Shown one piece after another: positions 59,382 through 64,000 of a stretch of DNA of 64,000 bases. The stretch's first letter is position 1, and each line of letters begins with the position of its first letter. The stretch is from Shigella phage SP21535, in the sequence record PQ615101; one strand, written 5' to 3'. Below the pieces are notes generated by a model. The model had not been told where the DNA came from. It searched no databases and saw only the letters and a list, made by a program, of their open reading frames with translations. The translations under genes and the position numbers were made by a program.

Positions 59382-59697
59382 TATTCGTCCGGTCGATGAG
59401 ACCGGTCTTTCAGAAAAAGAACTTTCAATTAAGAAAGAAAAGGATGAAATTGCAAAGCTTCTTGACCGCCAAGAAAATGGATTTATTATTGAAAAAATGG
59501 TAGAAGAGTTTGGAATGAGTTATCTTGAAGCTACAACAGCATTCTTAGAAGAAAATTCTATTCCTGAAACTCAATTTGCTAAATTTATTCCTTCGGGTAT
59601 AATTGAAAAAATTCAGTCAGAAGCTATCGACGAAAATCTTTTACGTCCTTCTGTTGTTCGTTGTGAAAAAACTAATACATTAGATTTTCTACTATGA
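59359..59697 (+). CDS. 33: late transcription co-activator gp33
   Basis: MTQFSLNDIRPVDETGLSEKELS... 112 aa. Confidence 0.85.
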   Translation: MTQFSLNDIRPVDETGLSEKELSIKKEKDEIAKLLDRQENGFIIEKMVEEFGMSYLEATTAFLEENSIPETQFAKFIPSGIIEKIQSEAIDENLLRPSVVRCEKTNTLDFLL

Positions 59698-60347
59698 TTA
59701 AACTCCGCATGCCTGCTGGTGGTGAAAGATACATTGATGGTAAATCAGTTTATAAATTATACTTAATGATAAAACAACATATGAATGGAAAGTATGATGT
59801 AATTAAGTATAATTGGTGCATGCGGGTGTCTGATGCCGCTTATCAAAAGCGAAGGGATAAGTATTTTTTCCAGAAGTTATCAGAAAAATATAAATTAAAG
59901 GAACTTGCTTTAATCTTTATAAGTAATTTGGTTGCTAACCAAGATGCTTGGATTGGTGACATCTCTGACGCTGATGCACTTGTGTTTTATCGTGAATATA
60001 TCGGACGCTTAAAGCAAATTAAATTTAAGTTTGAAGAAGATATTCGCAACATTTATTATTTTAGTAAAAAAGTTGAAGTTTCTGCTTTTAAAGAAATCTT
60101 TGAATATAATCCAAAGGTTCAGTCAAGTTATATTTTTAAACTACTTCAATCGAATATAATTTCGTTTGAGACGTTTATCTTGCTTGATTCGTTTTTAAAT
60201 ATAATTGATAAACATGATGAACAGACTGATAATTTAGTCTGGAATAATTATTCTATAAAGTTAAAGGCTTATAGAAAAATTTTAAATATTGATTCACAGA
60301 AAGCTAAAAATGTTTTCATTGAAACTGTGAAATCTTGTAAGTATTAA
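59694..60347 (+). CDS. 59: helicase loader gp59
   Basis: 217 aa immediately upstream of gene 32. Confidence 0.85.
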   Translation: MIKLRMPAGGERYIDGKSVYKLYLMIKQHMNGKYDVIKYNWCMRVSDAAYQKRRDKYFFQKLSEKYKLKELALIFISNLVANQDAWIGDISDADALVFYREYIGRLKQIKFKFEEDIRNIYYFSKKVEVSAFKEIFEYNPKVQSSYIFKLLQSNIISFETFILLDSFLNIIDKHDEQTDNLVWNNYSIKLKAYRKILNIDSQKAKNVFIETVKSCKY

Positions 60348-60355
60348 TTGCTTAT

Positions 60356-60363
60356 TATAAATA
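60356..60363 (+). promoter_or_regulatory. candidate late promoter upstream of gene 32
   Basis: Exact TATAAATA about 85 nt upstream of gene 32 ATG. Confidence 0.45.
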
Positions 60364-60380
60364 GATTATAATTATCTCAC

Positions 60381-60446
60381 TGACCAGCTATGAGGTCATA
60401 CATCGTCATAGCACCAACTGTTAATTAAATTAAAAAGGAAATAAAA
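60381..60446 (+). promoter_or_regulatory. gene 32 translational operator (pseudoknot plus A/U-rich tract)
   Basis: Interleaved pairings TGACC/GGTCA and GCTATGA/TCATAGC, followed by UUAAUUAAAUUAAAAAGGAAAUAAAA up to the ATG. Confidence 0.6.
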
Positions 60447-61382
60447 ATGTTTAAACGTAAATCTACTGCTGAACTCGCTGCACAAATGGCTAAACTGGCT
60501 GGAAATAAAGGTGGTTTTTCTTCTGAAGATAAAGGCGAGTGGAAACTGAAACTCGATAATGCGGGTAACGGTCAAGCAGTAATTCGTTTTCTTCCGTCTA
60601 AAAATGATGAACAAGCACCATTTGCACTTCTTGTAAATCACGGTTTCAAGAAAAATGGTAAATGGTATATCGAAACATGCTCATCTACCTACGGTGATTA
60701 CGATTCTTGTCCAGTATGTCAGTACATCAGTAAAAATGATTTGTATAATACTGACAATAAAGAGTACGGTCTTGTTAAACGTAAAACTTCTTACTGGGCT
60801 AACATTCTTGTTGTAAAAGACCCAGCTGCTCCAGAAAATGAAGGTAAAGTATTTAAATACCGCTTCGGTAAGAAAATCTGGGATAAAATCAATGCAATGA
60901 TTGCAGTTGATGTTGAAATGGGTGAAACTCCGGTTGATGTAACTTGTCCGTGGGAAGGTGCTAACTTTGTACTGAAAGTTAAACAAGTTTCTGGTTTTAG
61001 TAACTACGACGAATCTAAATTCCTGAATCAATCTGCGATTCCAAACATTGATGATGAATCTTTCCAGAAAGAACTGTTCGAACAAATGGTTGACCTTTCT
61101 GAAATGACTTCTAAAGATAAATTCAAATCGTTTGAAGAATTGAGCACTAAGTTCAGTCAAGTTATGGGAACTGCTGCTATGGGCGGTGCCGCAGCAACTG
61201 CCGCTAAGAAAGCTGATAAAGTTGCTGATGATTTGGATGCATTCAATGTTGATGACTTCAAAACAAAAACTGAAGATGATTTTATGAGCTCAAGCTCTGG
61301 CAGTTCATCTAGTGCTGATGACACGGACCTCTCTGTTCTTCTATGGTACTATACAACTATCGGCAATACTGCTGATGATTAA
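60447..61382 (+). CDS. 32: single-stranded DNA-binding protein gp32 (variant C-terminus)
   Basis: [24 protein letters not shown]...; zinc-binding Cys/His cluster; Ser-rich SSSSGSSSS tract; last 16 aa encoded by PeSL-like sequence. Confidence 0.9.
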   Translation: MFKRKSTAELAAQMAKLAGNKGGFSSEDKGEWKLKLDNAGNGQAVIRFLPSKNDEQAPFALLVNHGFKKNGKWYIETCSSTYGDYDSCPVCQYISKNDLYNTDNKEYGLVKRKTSYWANILVVKDPAAPENEGKVFKYRFGKKIWDKINAMIAVDVEMGETPVDVTCPWEGANFVLKVKQVSGFSNYDESKFLNQSAIPNIDDESFQKELFEQMVDLSEMTSKDKFKSFEELSTKFSQVMGTAAMGGAAATAAKKADKVADDLDAFNVDDFKTKTEDDFMSSSSGSSSSADDTDLSVLLWYYTTIGNTADD

Positions 61383-61395
61383 AGAGGAAAATAAT

Positions 61396-61623
61396 ATGGC
61401 TAAAGTTGATATTGACATCGTTGATTTTGAATATATTGAAGAAATTATTCGTAATCGTTATCCTGAACTTAGTATCGCAAGCGTACAAGATTCTAAGTTT
61501 TGGAGTATTCAAATCGTTATTGAAGGTCCTCTTGAAGACCTCACCCGCTTTATGGCTAATGAATATTGCGATGGCATGGATGCTGAAGACGCAGAATTTT
61601 ATATGGGACTGATTGAACAATAA
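61396..61623 (+). CDS. hypothetical acidic protein
   Basis: 75 aa; RBS AAGAGGAAA. Confidence 0.5.
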   Translation: MAKVDIDIVDFEYIEEIIRNRYPELSIASVQDSKFWSIQIVIEGPLEDLTRFMANEYCDGMDAEDAEFYMGLIEQ

Positions 61624-61668
61624 TTATCAAGGGGCTATTACAGTCCCGTTAAAATGAGGAAAATCAAA

Positions 61669-62055
61669 ATGGAAATCGGCAAAAAATATGAGTTAAATCC
61701 ACACCGTATTAAATCTTTCATTGATATTAGTTCATCAAATGCTAATATGGTCAGCATCATTCAAGAAAATGGCGGTTGGTTTGAAGTTAAATCAATATCA
61801 AGTTTAGATGGCTTTGATTATGTAACCGAAATCATTTGTGCTAATGGCGAAATCTATAATGATGATGGCATAGGTGATGATTATTTTGAACTTAGTGAAG
61901 AAGAGTTTTATTGTTTCCGCGAGTATAAAGAACCGACTTCTGAAGAAGATGAAGTCGAAGACAAGGTTTCTGGCGTAACAAAAATTCACTGCATTGTAGA
62001 CGAAAACAATGTAGATGAAATCATTGAACTTTTGCGAAAAACTTTTAAGGCCTAA
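61669..62055 (+). CDS. hypothetical acidic protein
   Basis: 128 aa; RBS GAGGAAAA; alternative upstream ATG 61654. Confidence 0.5.
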   Translation: MEIGKKYELNPHRIKSFIDISSSNANMVSIIQENGGWFEVKSISSLDGFDYVTEIICANGEIYNDDGIGDDYFELSEEEFYCFREYKEPTSEEDEVEDKVSGVTKIHCIVDENNVDEIIELLRKTFKA

Positions 62056-62056
62056 T

Positions 62057-62317
62057 ATGACTAAAGATGATTTCCTGGATGCGGTAGAAAAAGCTAGTGA
62101 GAAATTTGAAGTGATGGGTGTACGGGTCCATAAAGACAGAAATTACGGACTCGATATTCAAACGTATTCGTTATGGCTTGTGGGTGAACACAGTCTTGTG
62201 ACCAATTTAGTTATGGGTGTCGATACCTATCCTCTATTGGTTAAGTTCAGAAGTATGGAAAAGGCTACTAAAGAAATGATTAAGCTTGGTAAGTGGCTCG
62301 ATAAAATTCAAAAATAA
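62057..62317 (+). CDS. hypothetical protein
   Basis: 86-codon ORF, near-contiguous with the previous ORF. Confidence 0.45.
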   Translation: MTKDDFLDAVEKASEKFEVMGVRVHKDRNYGLDIQTYSLWLVGEHSLVTNLVMGVDTYPLLVKFRSMEKATKEMIKLGKWLDKIQK

Positions 62318-62319
62318 TT

Positions 62320-62349
62320 GTTTACAACGGGCTATGGTAGTGATACTAT
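62320..62349 (+). promoter_or_regulatory. T4-type early promoter in PeSL-like cassette
   Basis: GTTTAC, 18-bp spacer, TACTAT, then tagccttatcaactaaggagaataaaATG. Confidence 0.6.
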
Positions 62350-62374
62350 AGCCTTATCAACTAAGGAGAATAAA

Positions 62375-62617
62375 ATGAGATTACAACGCCAGAGCATTAA
62401 AGATTCAGAAGTTAGAGGTAAATGGTATTTTAATATCATCGGTAAAGATTTTGATCTCGTTGAAAAAGCCGAACATCTTTTACGTGATATGGGATGGGAA
62501 GATGAATGCGATGGATGCCCTCTTTATGAGGATGGAGAAAGCGCAGGATTCTGGATTTATCATTCTGACGTTGAACAGTTTAAAGCTGACTGGAAAATTG
62601 TGAAAAAGTCTGTTTGA
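62375..62617 (+). CDS. hypothetical protein
   Basis: 80 aa; ATG after ggagaataaa leader. Confidence 0.45.
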   Translation: MRLQRQSIKDSEVRGKWYFNIIGKDFDLVEKAEHLLRDMGWEDECDGCPLYEDGESAGFWIYHSDVEQFKADWKIVKKSV

Positions 62618-63410
<793 letters not shown>

Positions 63411-63411
<1 letters not shown>

Positions 63412-63959
63412 TGAAACAATACCAAGATTTAATTAAAGACATTTTTGAAAATGGCTATGAAACCGATGACCGAACAGGCACAGGAACAATTGCTTTGTTC
63501 GGTACTAAATTACGCTGGGATTTAACTAAAGGTTTTCCTGCAGTAACGACTAAGAAGCTCGCTTGGAAAGCTTGCATTGCTGAGCTTCTATGGTTTATTT
63601 CCGGTTCTACCAATGTTAATGATTTACGTCTTCGCACTCATGGTAGTCTTATTCAAGGTAAAACTATTTGGGACGATAACTATGAAAACCAGGCTAAAGA
63701 CCTAGGATATCATAGTGGTGAACTTGGTCCTATATACGGTAAACAATGGCGTGATTTCGGTGGTGTGGATCAATTAGTTGAAACTATTGATCGTATTAAA
63801 AAATTACCAACTGATCGACGTCAAATCGTTTCAGCATGGAATCCAGCTGAAATCAATCAAATGGCATTACCGCCCTGTCATATGTTCTATCAGTTTAATG
63901 TGCGTAATGGTTATCTTGATTTACAATGGTACCAAAGAAGTGTAGATGTTTTCTTGGGT
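63411..63959 (+). CDS. td: thymidylate synthase, exon 1
   Basis: MKQYQDLIKDIFENGYETDDRTGTGT... ending ...YQRSVDVFLG immediately before intron; in-frame TAA is first intron triplet. Confidence 0.85.
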
Positions 63960-64000
63960 TAATTGAGGCCTGAGTATAAGGTGACTTATACTTGTAATCT
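63960..64000 (+). ncRNA. 5' end of td group I self-splicing intron (truncated by window edge)
   Basis: TAATTGAGGCCTGAGTATAAGGTGACTTATACTTGTAATCT matches the start of the T4 td intron as recalled. Confidence 0.6.

Overview
This window reads as a contiguous ~64 kb segment of a T-even (T4-like, Tequatrovirus-type) coliphage genome, given in the orientation where early genes lie on the + strand. It covers the replication/recombination core (55, agt, 47, 46, rpbA, 45, 44, 62, regA, 43, imm, 42, uvsX, 40, 41, dmd, sp, 61), then dam, 56, soc, modB, modA, dda, dexA, 39, rIIA, rIIB, denB, ndd, stp, 52, motA, arn, asiA. The late lysis/tail-fibre module t-38-37-36-35-34 sits on the - strand, followed on + by rnh, dsbA, 33, 59, 32, frd and td exon 1, ending in the first 41 nt of the td group I intron. 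Gene calls rest on my recognition of the translated products and on gene order; nothing was searched against a database. The phage is not T4 itself: gp39 is one contiguous ORF (no gene 60/mobA split), gp38 is a glycine-rich adhesin-type protein, and the beta-gt position holds a different glycosyltransferase. The most notable feature is a fractured uvsX: the recombinase is split into two ORFs by a split mini-intein with a free-standing I-TevI-like GIY-YIG homing endonuclease gene between the halves. Other points worth follow-up are an antisense small membrane ORF plus a PD-(D/E)xK-like ORF translationally coupled to dam, a promoter/leader cassette (PeSL-like) repeated many times and apparently rewriting the 3' end of gene 32, and extra ORFs between 32, frd and td. 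Early promoters (GTTTAC, 18-bp spacer, TAnnnT), late promoters (TATAAATA) and UUCG-tetraloop terminators are visible throughout.
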